Assembly (NCBI GenBank): GCA_029887795.1 | Contig: JARXPE010000001.1 | Location: 129,386 to 193,385, forward strand | Length of the DNA stretch: 64,000 nt | Source: Thermoproteota archaeon | GTDB taxonomy: Archaea; Thermoproteota; Methanomethylicia; Methanomethylicales; Methanomethylicaceae | Direction of reading: 5' to 3' | In this document: one piece after another, positions 28,932 through 38,026 of the stretch | How positions within the stretch are numbered: the first letter of the stretch is position 1 | Layout of the letters: each line of letters begins with the position of its first letter | Made by a program: the position numbers and the translations under genes | The notes under the pieces: generated by a model | The model's input: the letters and a program-made list of their open reading frames with translations, nothing else | Told to the model about the DNA's origin: nothing | Database searches by the model: none

Positions 28932-29969
28932 TTATCTCCTTCCTCCCATTGTAAGGGCCATAATGCCCTTCTGTCCGTGTAGCCTGTTCTCTGCCTCGTC
29001 CACTGAGACGGACCATCTATTTGAGAATATCACCTCGGGTTCGACCTCAAGACCGACGTCGGCAGGCAGGCAGTGCATCCAGATACTGTTCTTGCGAGTC
29101 CTGTCCATCAGCTCGGGTGTCGTCTTCCAAGCGGCCAGGTTGTGAGTCTTCTTGTACTCCTCGTGTAGCTTTTCGTCGTAACCTCCTGCCTTTAAAAGTT
29201 CCCAGCTGCACCATCCCTTAGGATACACAACGAGCGCATCCTCAAAAGCCTCTTCCATATTGTGGACGATCTCGAACTTTGTGCCGTACTGGTCGGCGAG
29301 CTTTCTGGTATATTCCTCGACTGCTGGGTCTAGGTTGAACTTCTCAGGGTATGCTAGGGTGACGTCCATCTGAAGAAGTCTTGTGAAGAAGATTATGTTT
29401 GTCTGAGGGACTGCGACCGGCTTCCATGCGCCAGGGCTGTTGGCATAGCACATCACGAACTTCTTTCCTCTCAGGCTCCTGGCGTTGTATTTTTCGATCA
29501 CGGTCATCACATCTGCGACGCCTTGGCAGGGGTGCCACATATCGCATTCCATATTAATTACGGGGACTGTAGAGGCCTTGGCATACTCTCTCATTGTAAG
29601 GTTGCCTTCTCCGTAGTACTGACCCTTTACATATCTCCTTATGGCGATACCGTCACACATTCTGCTCATAATTGCGGCGGTCTCGTAAATGGTTTCACCA
29701 TGGGTTATCTGGAGCTTTCCTGGATCCAAGTCGTACGCCACGCCACCAAGCTGGGTTATTCCTGTAATGAAAGAGGACCTAGTCCTTGTGGAAGGGTTGA
29801 AGAACAGCGTAAATAGAGATTTGCCCTTGCAAAGATGGTCGTGTCTCTGACCCATTGCGTACTGCCTCTTCAGGTCGAATGAGACGTCCAATACTGTCCA
29901 AAGCTCTTCGTCACTCCATTCTATCTCGGGAGCTATCCAATGTTTTCCATGGAGTTCTGTTTTTACCAA
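28932..29969 (-). CDS. Carbamoyltransferase of the OTC/ATC superfamily with unknown specificity (not canonical OTC/ATC).
   Basis: STRTRSSF, HPCQ and HCLP motifs are present. The ornithine-binding DxxxSMG is replaced by YPKGWCSWE and the ATC RxQxER motif is absent. Confidence 0.8.
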   Translation of the reverse strand: MVKTELHGKHWIAPEIEWSDEELWTVLDVSFDLKRQYAMGQRHDHLCKGKSLFTLFFNPSTRTRSSFITGITQLGGVAYDLDPGKLQITHGETIYETAAIMSRMCDGIAIRRYVKGQYYGEGNLTMREYAKASTVPVINMECDMWHPCQGVADVMTVIEKYNARSLRGKKFVMCYANSPGAWKPVAVPQTNIIFFTRLLQMDVTLAYPEKFNLDPAVEEYTRKLADQYGTKFEIVHNMEEAFEDALVVYPKGWCSWELLKAGGYDEKLHEEYKKTHNLAAWKTTPELMDRTRKNSIWMHCLPADVGLEVEPEVIFSNRWSVSVDEAENRLHGQKGIMALTMGGRR

Positions 29970-30065
29970 ATATCTCCCTCCGAGTTTTTGCTGGAATTGG
30001 GTATTGAGTTTTGGTTTAATAATACTTTCGCGAGGATTTTAAGAAACTATCACAAAAAAAAGAGG

Positions 30066-31445
30066 TTAGGTTAAGGGCTGGTGCTTCCCTCGGGGTATGA
30101 ACCTTCCCATGCCCTTCTTGCCCACGAACTCTCTGTTGTAGACAACAGGTTTGCCCCTCACGAAGACGTGAACAGGCATACCCTTCACTGTGAACCCCTC
30201 GTATATCGAATAATCAATCTTTGAGTGGAGGTTCTTCTGGTTCAGCTCCATCTCATAATTTGGATCGAATACGACTATGTCCGCGTCGCTTCCCACGTTT
30301 AGAGTCCCCTTCTTGGGATAGAGACCAAAGAGTTTTGCAGGGTTGTATGAAACAACCTCAACAAGTTTGTTTAATGAGATCCTGTTTTTGGCAACTCCCT
30401 CGCTGTAAAGTATCGGTATCATCGTCTCAGTGCCAGGGACGCCGTTCGGCACCTTGGTGAAGTTGTCTTTTCCTAGATCCTTCTGGGCGTCCGTAAATGT
30501 GCAATGATCGGTGGCTACGGTGCTTAGTGTGCCGTTTGCAAGTCCCTCCCAAAGAGCCTCGTTGTCTGCCTTGCTCCTCAGGGGCGGCGACATTATATAC
30601 CTCCTGCCCTTCGGGGAGAGGTATTTCTCGTCTGTGAGAACAAGGTAGTGGGGACAAGTCTCCCCGTATAGGTTCGGGTAGAGCTTTTTCATCCTTGAGA
30701 GTTCGGCTACACCCTCTTTTGTGGACATGTGTACTATGTAGAGGTTCCCTCCAGCCGCTGCAGCTAGCGCAAGACCCCTATAAACCGCTTCGCCCTCCAC
30801 GAAGTTTGGTCTGCTCTTGGCGTGGTACTCCGCGGACAATTTTCCAGAGGAGACATGCCGCTCTATTAGGAGCTCCAGAACGGAATTGTTCTCTGCATGG
30901 AGCTGGACCAAGAACCCGAGTTTCTTGCTCTCCTCCAGCATCCGGTATATTCTGCCGTCGTCGCTCATCAGCCCCTCTTTTCTGTATGGCATGAAGAGCT
31001 TGAAACTTGAGACTCCAGCTTCCAAGACCTTTGGGATCTCATTTACGAGGTCTTCAGTTAGGTTTGTCACAGCCACATGTATTCCATAGTCAATGACCAC
31101 TTTGGGATCCGCCTTACCCCTCCATAGCATGATAGTTTCCAAGAAGGTCTTATCCTTCGGCTGTATCGCAAAGTCCAAGATTGTGGTGACCCCACCAAAT
31201 GCTGCCGCTATTGTGCCGTACTCAAAGTCGTCGACCGTAGTGGTCCCCATGAACGGCATCTCCATATGTGTGTGGGCATCTATGCCCCCGGGCATGACGT
31301 ATTTGCCTGAGGCGTCCACGACCTCTTCTGCTTTTTCAGTAATATTTGATGCGATACTCACAATCTTGCCGTCCTTGACGCCTATGTCCGCTTTGAATGT
31401 GTCCTTCGGTGTGACTATAGTTCCGTTCTTTATTAATAAGTCCAT
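30066..31445 (-). CDS. Dihydropyrimidinase / D-hydantoinase (cyclic amidohydrolase).
   Basis: GGIDAHTHMEMPFMGTTTVDDFEYGTIAAAFGGVTTILDF signature. Start adjusted to MDLLIKNGTIV. Confidence 0.8.
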   Translation of the reverse strand: MDLLIKNGTIVTPKDTFKADIGVKDGKIVSIASNITEKAEEVVDASGKYVMPGGIDAHTHMEMPFMGTTTVDDFEYGTIAAAFGGVTTILDFAIQPKDKTFLETIMLWRGKADPKVVIDYGIHVAVTNLTEDLVNEIPKVLEAGVSSFKLFMPYRKEGLMSDDGRIYRMLEESKKLGFLVQLHAENNSVLELLIERHVSSGKLSAEYHAKSRPNFVEGEAVYRGLALAAAAGGNLYIVHMSTKEGVAELSRMKKLYPNLYGETCPHYLVLTDEKYLSPKGRRYIMSPPLRSKADNEALWEGLANGTLSTVATDHCTFTDAQKDLGKDNFTKVPNGVPGTETMIPILYSEGVAKNRISLNKLVEVVSYNPAKLFGLYPKKGTLNVGSDADIVVFDPNYEMELNQKNLHSKIDYSIYEGFTVKGMPVHVFVRGKPVVYNREFVGKKGMGRFIPRGKHQPLT

Positions 31446-31494
31446 TATAAAGCCTCCAATATTAATATAGAAAAAGAAGCGTTTAAACACTCAC

Positions 31495-32718
31495 CTATTT
31501 TGTGACCTTCTTCCATGTTATGCATCCAGGCACAGGACAGAGATGTGTGCATAGGGAGCAGGCGTCGCACTTCTCCTCGTCGACTTCAGCGGACTTGCCT
31601 TGCTCGAACTTGATTGCTTGGTAACCGCCATCGCGACATGCCACATAGCAAAGACCGCACTTTATGCATAGGTCCTTGTTGATGCTGGCCACGACAGTGT
31701 AGTCCTTGTTGAGTTTAGACCAAGCCGTAAGTCTGGGGAGAGTCTTACCAATGATCTCTTGGACGGATGAGAATCCTTTATCTGCTAGGTAATTGGTGAG
31801 TCCGTCGACAAAGTCAGAGATTATTCTGTAGCCCCTCCACATAACTGCGGTACAGACTTGGACGCTGCCTGCGCCCACGAGGAGGTACTCCACAGCGTCC
31901 TTCCAAGTGGTTATCCCGCCTATTCCTGAGACTGGGATATTTGTTGCCTGTGCGATTTGGGCGACGCATCTGAGACCTATGGGCTTGACGCCAGGTCCTG
32001 AGAGACCTCCAAAAGTGCTCATCCCGTCGACTGTGGGTATCGGCTCAAAGGTGTCAATGTTTATACCTATCAGGCCGAGCACGGTATTTATCGCAGATAT
32101 GGCATCGGCACCAGCCTCCTCAGCAGCCTTGGCGGTAAACGCGATGTCTGTGACGTTCGGGGTTAGCTTCACCATCACTGGGACCGAGGAGCCGCGCTTT
32201 GCCGCCTTTGTCAGCTTCTGGATTAGTTCTGTTCTTTGACCGATGAATGCGCCCATGCCCCGCTCAGGCATACCATGTGGGCAGCCAAAGTTCAGCTCTA
32301 GCATGTCGACCCCGGCTTCGCTCACCACTCTAGCTAGTTCTTCCCAGTCCTCCTCTTTGCACTCAGCCATGATACTGCCTATGAGTGCCTTTTCGGGGAA
32401 CTTCCTCTTGATCTCTTTAATCTCGTTAACCCATGTGCCAACAGGCCTCTTTGAGACTTCCTCAATGTTTTCGAATAGTATCATCTGCTTTGTCTCAAAG
32501 CCCATCACGCCAAATCTGTTCTTTAGGTCGTAGACAGGCGTCTTGTCCGGCTTTATTGTCTTGGTGACAGCTCCAGCCCAACCAGCCTCGAAAGCCCTCA
32601 TGATCATCTCACCAGTGCATGTCGGGGGCGCCGATGAAAGCAGGTACGGGCTCTCCAGCTCAAGGTTGCAGAATTTTACGGATATATCCGGTTTTGAAAC
32701 CATTTTTCTCACTTCCAT
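31495..32718 (-). CDS. preA: Dihydropyrimidine dehydrogenase subunit PreA (DHODH-like TIM barrel plus two [4Fe-4S] ferredoxin motifs).
   Basis: DHODH-like core with C-terminal [14 protein letters not shown] and [15 protein letters not shown] lies 4 nt after the preT stop. Confidence 0.8.
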   Translation of the reverse strand: MEVRKMVSKPDISVKFCNLELESPYLLSSAPPTCTGEMIMRAFEAGWAGAVTKTIKPDKTPVYDLKNRFGVMGFETKQMILFENIEEVSKRPVGTWVNEIKEIKRKFPEKALIGSIMAECKEEDWEELARVVSEAGVDMLELNFGCPHGMPERGMGAFIGQRTELIQKLTKAAKRGSSVPVMVKLTPNVTDIAFTAKAAEEAGADAISAINTVLGLIGINIDTFEPIPTVDGMSTFGGLSGPGVKPIGLRCVAQIAQATNIPVSGIGGITTWKDAVEYLLVGAGSVQVCTAVMWRGYRIISDFVDGLTNYLADKGFSSVQEIIGKTLPRLTAWSKLNKDYTVVASINKDLCIKCGLCYVACRDGGYQAIKFEQGKSAEVDEEKCDACSLCTHLCPVPGCITWKKVTK

Positions 32719-32722
32719 AACT

Positions 32723-34084
32723 CTATTTCTTAGGACTCTTCCCTCCGGAGAGGAACTTGTCAATAGCAGCCGCAGCTTTCTTGCCCTCTGCCACTGCCTC
32801 GACCACAGTCTCACCGCCGTTTACGGCATCGCCTCCCGCAAATATGCCTTTTATGGAGGTGGAGAAGTTCTCGTCCACGACGATAAGCCCTTTTTCGGTC
32901 TTGACACCATAGGACTTCAGCAACTCTTCGTCTGGTTTCTGCCCGATTGCGACTATCACGGAATTTACATCGAGGCGGAACTCCGAGCCCTTTATGGGCT
33001 TTACCCCCCTCCTCCCAGATGAGTCGGGCTCGGTTAATTCCATCTTCACGCACTCAATTGCTTCCACGCTTTTTTCACCCAATATCCTGACGGGGGCGGT
33101 GAGCAACAGGAATTCGACACCCTCCTCCCTCGCCTGATTTCTGCCGTAAGGCACCGCAGGCATTTCTGCGAAAGACCTCCTATAGACTATGTATACCCTT
33201 TCTGCCCCGAGCCTCACAGAGGCGCAGGCTGCATCTATGGCGGTGTCCCCACCGCCGATCACTGCAACCCTCTTACCTTTGAGGTCGGGCGCCTTACCCT
33301 CCCCCATCAACCATTTTGCGACGGATTGTAGAAATTCCTGTGCCGGATAAACGCCATTGAGATCCTCGCCCGGTATACCAAGTTTTTGAGACTTTGTGGC
33401 ACCGATGCCCACGAAGACTGCATCATACTCCTTCAGGAGGGATTTGAGGTCAGTGATTTTCTTGTTGGTGACAAAGTTAATGCCATACTCCTTTATGAGG
33501 TCTATCTCAGACTCTGGGACGGACCAAGGTGCCTTCCAGGGAAGGATGCCGTAAAGTAGCAGACCACCGGGTTTGGGGTTTGCGTCAAAGACAGTGACGC
33601 CGTATCCCATGCGCGCCAGCTCGTATGCGGCCGATAATCCAGCCGGACCTGCGCCCACCACCGCAACCTTTTTGTTTTTGGAACGCGACTTCGGGAACTT
33701 GACGAGTCCTTTAAGCTTCTCTTTCTCGTAGGCGAACCTCTGAAGCATTGAGATTGCCACGGGCTCCTCGTTTAGGTTCCTCCTGACACATTTCGACTCG
33801 CAGAGTCGCTCAACCGGACAGACATAACCACATTCACCACCTAAGATGTTGCTTTCTCGTATCACCTTGGCTGCACCGTAGAAGTTTCCAGTCTTTATTC
33901 TGTAAATGAATTCAGGAATGTTGATTCCAGCTGGGCAGGCTGAGATGCATGGGGCGTCAAAGCACATGAGGCACCTTGAGGCTTCGTAGACCGCAAGTCT
34001 GTCGTCGAGATTTGAGACGTATGGAGCGAAGCTAGAAACCCTCTCATGCGGAGGAATGGTTTTAGTATGGACTCTACCTGACAT
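32723..34084 (-). CDS. preT: Dihydropyrimidine dehydrogenase subunit PreT (GltD-like, NAD(P)H/FAD binding, N-terminal Fe-S).
   Basis: CLMCFDAPCISACP plus two Rossmann motifs, VAVVGAGPAGLSAA and VAVIGGGDTAIDAA. Confidence 0.8.
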   Translation of the reverse strand: MSGRVHTKTIPPHERVSSFAPYVSNLDDRLAVYEASRCLMCFDAPCISACPAGINIPEFIYRIKTGNFYGAAKVIRESNILGGECGYVCPVERLCESKCVRRNLNEEPVAISMLQRFAYEKEKLKGLVKFPKSRSKNKKVAVVGAGPAGLSAAYELARMGYGVTVFDANPKPGGLLLYGILPWKAPWSVPESEIDLIKEYGINFVTNKKITDLKSLLKEYDAVFVGIGATKSQKLGIPGEDLNGVYPAQEFLQSVAKWLMGEGKAPDLKGKRVAVIGGGDTAIDAACASVRLGAERVYIVYRRSFAEMPAVPYGRNQAREEGVEFLLLTAPVRILGEKSVEAIECVKMELTEPDSSGRRGVKPIKGSEFRLDVNSVIVAIGQKPDEELLKSYGVKTEKGLIVVDENFSTSIKGIFAGGDAVNGGETVVEAVAEGKKAAAAIDKFLSGGKSPKK

Positions 34085-34150
34085 AGAATTCGCTCCTGAG
34101 AGGATTAATGGTTAATAAGGGGTTTTAATTAAGGCTTTCGTGATAGAATT

Positions 34151-34837
34151 ATGGATCTCTCAGAAGGAAGGGTTGTAAAAGGTATCGTATTCGATCTGGA
34201 CGGTACACTAGTTGACTCCGTCGACTCTATTTGGAGGTCCTCTGATTACGTGCTAAGGAGTAATGGATACCGCGGGTTAGACCGTGAGGACGTCGTGAAG
34301 GTGATGGGTAAGACCATCTTTGACTTATTTCTGAGCGTGGAGCCCAGATTGAGTCCACAGGAGCAGCATAAACTGTTCGAGGAATATAGGAGAACTTATA
34401 TGAACTTCATAGAGCACACCAAGCTGATCCCTAAGGTAAGGGAGATCCTTCTGTTTCTAAGATCGAGAAGATTGAAGATGGCGGTCGTCACCACGAAGAG
34501 TAGGGAAAACGCCGAGAAGATACTATCCTTTTTCGGAATAAGAAGCTTCTTTGATTTGGTTATAGGATTTGAGGACGTTAGAGAACACAAGCCCTCGGCA
34601 GAGCCCATAATGAGGGCAGCTGAAGGGCTGGGTCTTCAAGCCTCGGAGTTGGTTGTGGTCGGGGACACCGAGGTCGACATCAGGGCGGGGAGAGAGGCGG
34701 GAGCATTAACGGTTGCCGTTAAGACGGGCGTAACTCCTTTAGAGAAGATTATAGCTGAGAGTCCAAACTTTTTGATTGAGAGTGTGTCGGACCTGCCTGA
34801 GGTTTTAATGCGAAACGGTATAGCTACGGGTGAGTGA
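34151..34837 (+). CDS. HAD-superfamily hydrolase (phosphatase, PGP/PpaX-like).
   Basis: VKGIVFDLDGTLVDS motif I. VVVGDTEVD motif. Confidence 0.7.
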   Translation: MDLSEGRVVKGIVFDLDGTLVDSVDSIWRSSDYVLRSNGYRGLDREDVVKVMGKTIFDLFLSVEPRLSPQEQHKLFEEYRRTYMNFIEHTKLIPKVREILLFLRSRRLKMAVVTTKSRENAEKILSFFGIRSFFDLVIGFEDVREHKPSAEPIMRAAEGLGLQASELVVVGDTEVDIRAGREAGALTVAVKTGVTPLEKIIAESPNFLIESVSDLPEVLMRNGIATGE

Positions 34838-36119
34838 TGTTCTTTAGTATCTCATCGAACCGCCCTGCAGCAATGTCAATGTGTTCGCGGGTCAGGACCA
34901 ACGGAGGCTCTATTCTTATGACGTTGCCCTCTAACCCTCCGAGACCCACAAGGATCTTTTTCTTCCACGCTTCTTGCAGGAAGCTAACAGCTTCCTCTCT
35001 TGCGGGAACCTTTGTAGACCTGTCTTTCACCAGCTCGATCCCAAGAAAGAGCCCTATACCCCTGACATCTCCGATAATCTCGTATTTCTCCTGTAAGGAC
35101 TCCAGCCTGCGCTTAAAATATGAGCCGTTCTCCTTAACCTTTTCCATGAGACCGCCCGTTAGCTCCTCCAGGACAGCCTCCGCAGCAGCACATGCCAAGG
35201 CGTTTCCACCCAAGGTGGAGTAGTGCTCCCCAGGTCGAAGGGCTGAGTCGAGCTCCTCCTTGTAGATGGTTACACCGAGAGGGAGACCGTTGGCGATGGC
35301 TTTCGAGGTTGTCATCACATCCGGTATGATGCCATAGTGCTCAATACCCCAAAGTTTGCCTGTCCGACCGTTTCCAGATTGTACCTCATCCGCAATGAAG
35401 AGTATGGAATACTTGTCTAAAACCTGCTTGACTTCCTTGAAGTAATCAGAAGGAGGTATGATCATGCCACCGTTGGCCAGCATGGGTTCTGCCAATAGTG
35501 CTGAAATCGAGTCCCCCCCAACCTCGCATTTTATCACGTCCTCCATATACTTTACGCAGGCGAATCCACATTCGGGGCAGCTTCTATGCCCGAGCGGGCA
35601 CCTATAGCAATAGGGGTCGGGTGCAAACACCACTGGCGCGAATGGACCTAGTCCAACCTTCCAGCTTGACTGACCCAGAGCACTCATGGCGTAAAAAGTC
35701 CTGCCGTGAAACGACCTGTGTAGGGCGATTATGTAGGGTCTCTTCTTGACACGCTTCACGAGGGAGATCGCCGTCTCGTTGGCCTCTGAGCCGCTGTTCG
35801 TGAAGAAACTCTTGGTTAGGGCACCACCAGGAGAAAGTTCAGAGAGCCTTTTTGCAAGTCTTGCGGTGTAATCCAAGTAGTAGAGTGAGGATGTATGGAA
35901 GAGCTTGCGCATCTGCGCCTCAACTGCCCTGATTACACTCTGGTTCGACCAGCCCACATTGACTATGGATACGCCAGCGTATAGGTCGATGTAGGCATCC
36001 CCATCAATGGAGTAGACGATGTCATCAACAGCCCTATCTGGAACGAATGGATAGTAGTGCCTGTACATTCGCGAGAGGTAACGTTCGGAGAGGGCTATGA
36101 TATCTTTAGATGGGTTCAT
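34824..36119 (-). CDS. Class III PLP-dependent aminotransferase (omega-aminotransferase, candidate beta-alanine aminotransferase).
   Basis: Class III fold with PLP lysine region MTTSKAIANGLPLG. Carries an inserted Cys cluster CYRCPLGHRSCPECGFAC. Confidence 0.75.
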   Translation of the reverse strand: MNPSKDIIALSERYLSRMYRHYYPFVPDRAVDDIVYSIDGDAYIDLYAGVSIVNVGWSNQSVIRAVEAQMRKLFHTSSLYYLDYTARLAKRLSELSPGGALTKSFFTNSGSEANETAISLVKRVKKRPYIIALHRSFHGRTFYAMSALGQSSWKVGLGPFAPVVFAPDPYCYRCPLGHRSCPECGFACVKYMEDVIKCEVGGDSISALLAEPMLANGGMIIPPSDYFKEVKQVLDKYSILFIADEVQSGNGRTGKLWGIEHYGIIPDVMTTSKAIANGLPLGVTIYKEELDSALRPGEHYSTLGGNALACAAAEAVLEELTGGLMEKVKENGSYFKRRLESLQEKYEIIGDVRGIGLFLGIELVKDRSTKVPAREEAVSFLQEAWKKKILVGLGGLEGNVIRIEPPLVLTREHIDIAAGRFDEILKNITHP

Positions 36120-36179
36120 AAAACCACTCTGAAAATAAAGAGTGTGTATTGATGTTTATAAATTACGGAATTCTGGGAG

Positions 36180-36524
36180 TCACTTGGGAGGCGCGTTGAC
36201 TGCGATGAGCCACAGCGGTGTCTTTCCGATGTTCTTTATGGAATGGGGAACGTTTGGCGGAAAAACGAGGGCGTTGCCTGCCTTCACCTTGTACTCCTCG
36301 TTACCTATTGTGACCAGCGCCCTACCCTTCAGTATGTAGTAAGCTTGTTCGAATGGGTGGGTATGGGGATCTGCTCTACCACCAACCTCAAACTCAGACC
36401 TGAACATAGAGAGGTTCTTGCACCCAACATTTGCCTCCTCAAGTAAGACTCTAGTTATGCACCCATAGTGCAGCGGAGGGACAAAGGTGCGTGCTTCTTT
36501 TGGATCTATAACACGTTTCGTCAT
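36180..36524 (-). CDS. Cupin-domain protein.
   Basis: HTHPFEQAYYILKG ... GNALVFPPNVPH cupin motifs. Confidence 0.6.
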   Translation of the reverse strand: MTKRVIDPKEARTFVPPLHYGCITRVLLEEANVGCKNLSMFRSEFEVGGRADPHTHPFEQAYYILKGRALVTIGNEEYKVKAGNALVFPPNVPHSIKNIGKTPLWLIAVNAPPK

Positions 36525-36678
36525 TTAAAACACCTTGAAGTATTTGGGCATCTAGGACTTAAATAAGTGTTGGCAAGAAATATGAGAAATTGCCACTTTT
36601 TGATGCTTTTTGTGTTATTGTTCGTTGCTAGTTGTTGGTGTTCGTATTTTTTGCTCATTATTTGCTAATTTTATGTCG

Positions 36679-37446
36679 TCAGAGTGGAATGAGAGCCCTT
36701 ATGTTGGAGTAGGTGATCATCTGGATGTCCCTTCCACCAACCCCAGCGCGGTCCAGGTAGTGGGCAACCCGTGGGAGGGAGAGCGGATCTGAAGGTTTGT
36801 TGCCAATATCGCTGTTGAGTACGATGCCCTCCGGACCGTTCTTTAGTATAACTTCATGGACGTCTTTTGGGGTGAGTTTGCCAGGTTGGACTGTCAGACC
36901 CACGTTGGCACCTATGGACCTCACCTTCGCCACTAGGTCGGGAGTTAAATGATCAATAATTACCCTAGCGGGATCTACATTCTCAGACTCGATGATTCCG
37001 AGGAGTTTGTCCACGATCTTTTCTTTGTTGTTCCTCGGGGTGTGCATGATCATTGGTACGGGGTACTCGTTTGCGATCCGAATCTGCTGGGTCAATACGT
37101 ACTCCTCTTCTTGGCTGCCAGTCTCTAGACCGACCTCACCGAGTGCAGAGGCTTTCTCGTTATCAAAGAGTGCGAGGATGTGGTCTAGAACTGCCTTGAG
37201 ATCCTCCTCGGGGATGGACCTCGGGTGAATGCCCACGGCAACCCTCGAGCTTATACCGTATGAGCTGAGTCTCATTGGCTCCTCTTCCATGACCCAACGG
37301 AACAGGTCACGCATGGTCGAGAAGCCCAATGGTTGAACAGGGAAAAAGGAGCAGATGATGACGCCTTCTACACCAGCGACGGACATAAGCTCAAGGTCTT
37401 CCGGACCCCTGAGGTAAGTATGGGTATGAGAGTCGATGAACCTCAA
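36679..37446 (-). CDS. TatD-family metal-dependent hydrolase / DNase.
   Basis: MRFIDSHTHTY N-terminus. TIM-barrel hydrolase pattern. Confidence 0.7.
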   Translation of the reverse strand: MRFIDSHTHTYLRGPEDLELMSVAGVEGVIICSFFPVQPLGFSTMRDLFRWVMEEEPMRLSSYGISSRVAVGIHPRSIPEEDLKAVLDHILALFDNEKASALGEVGLETGSQEEEYVLTQQIRIANEYPVPMIMHTPRNNKEKIVDKLLGIIESENVDPARVIIDHLTPDLVAKVRSIGANVGLTVQPGKLTPKDVHEVILKNGPEGIVLNSDIGNKPSDPLSLPRVAHYLDRAGVGGRDIQMITYSNIRALIPL

Positions 37447-37540
37447 CAGAGTCCCCCATAAAAAATGTTTTGGGATATTGTTTTTAACTTTTAGATTTAA
37501 ATTGGCGGATTGTAGATTAATTTTGGATTTTTACTTTGGC

Positions 37541-37960
37541 TCAGAGGTATTTCTTGATCTCGGCTTCAAGCCCGCTCGCCCCTACAGCACCAACGAGGCG
37601 CCCCACTTCTTTGCCGTTCTTGAAGAATACGAATGTAGGTATTCCATATATCCCGAGCCTCTGGGGGACCTCGGGATTTTCGTCAACATTAACTTTTGCC
37701 ATAAGTGCCTTCCCTTCATATTTTTTGGCAAGTTGCTCAAATATTGGCGCCATTATCATGCAAGGTCCACACCACGAAGCCCAGAAGTCGATGACCACCA
37801 ATTTATCGGCCGTTGATACAAAAGAGTCGAATGTTTGATCGTTAAGTTCTACATAACCATGGCTCATTTTTTTCTCACCACCAGTATATTTCTTAGCCAT
37901 AATCTCAGAGAGTTTTCTGGCTTTTATCTTTTCAAGCTCATCATCAAAACTCTCGGACAT
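37541..37960 (-). CDS. trxA: Thioredoxin.
   Basis: WASWCGPC active site. Confidence 0.8.
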   Translation of the reverse strand: MSESFDDELEKIKARKLSEIMAKKYTGGEKKMSHGYVELNDQTFDSFVSTADKLVVIDFWASWCGPCMIMAPIFEQLAKKYEGKALMAKVNVDENPEVPQRLGIYGIPTFVFFKNGKEVGRLVGAVGASGLEAEIKKYL

Positions 37961-38026
37961 AGGCCTTCAGGCTTTTTTTTGAAATCGAGGCATATTTACT
38001 TTTTCTTTTTACTTATCACTTCTCCA

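Noticed and set aside
28918-29016. Full-length 136-aa version of the Cys-rich ORF.
   Set aside because: It overlaps the 3' end of the transcarbamylase by 85 nt in another frame. An internal Met 15 nt downstream of the TCase stop gives a non-overlapping gene.
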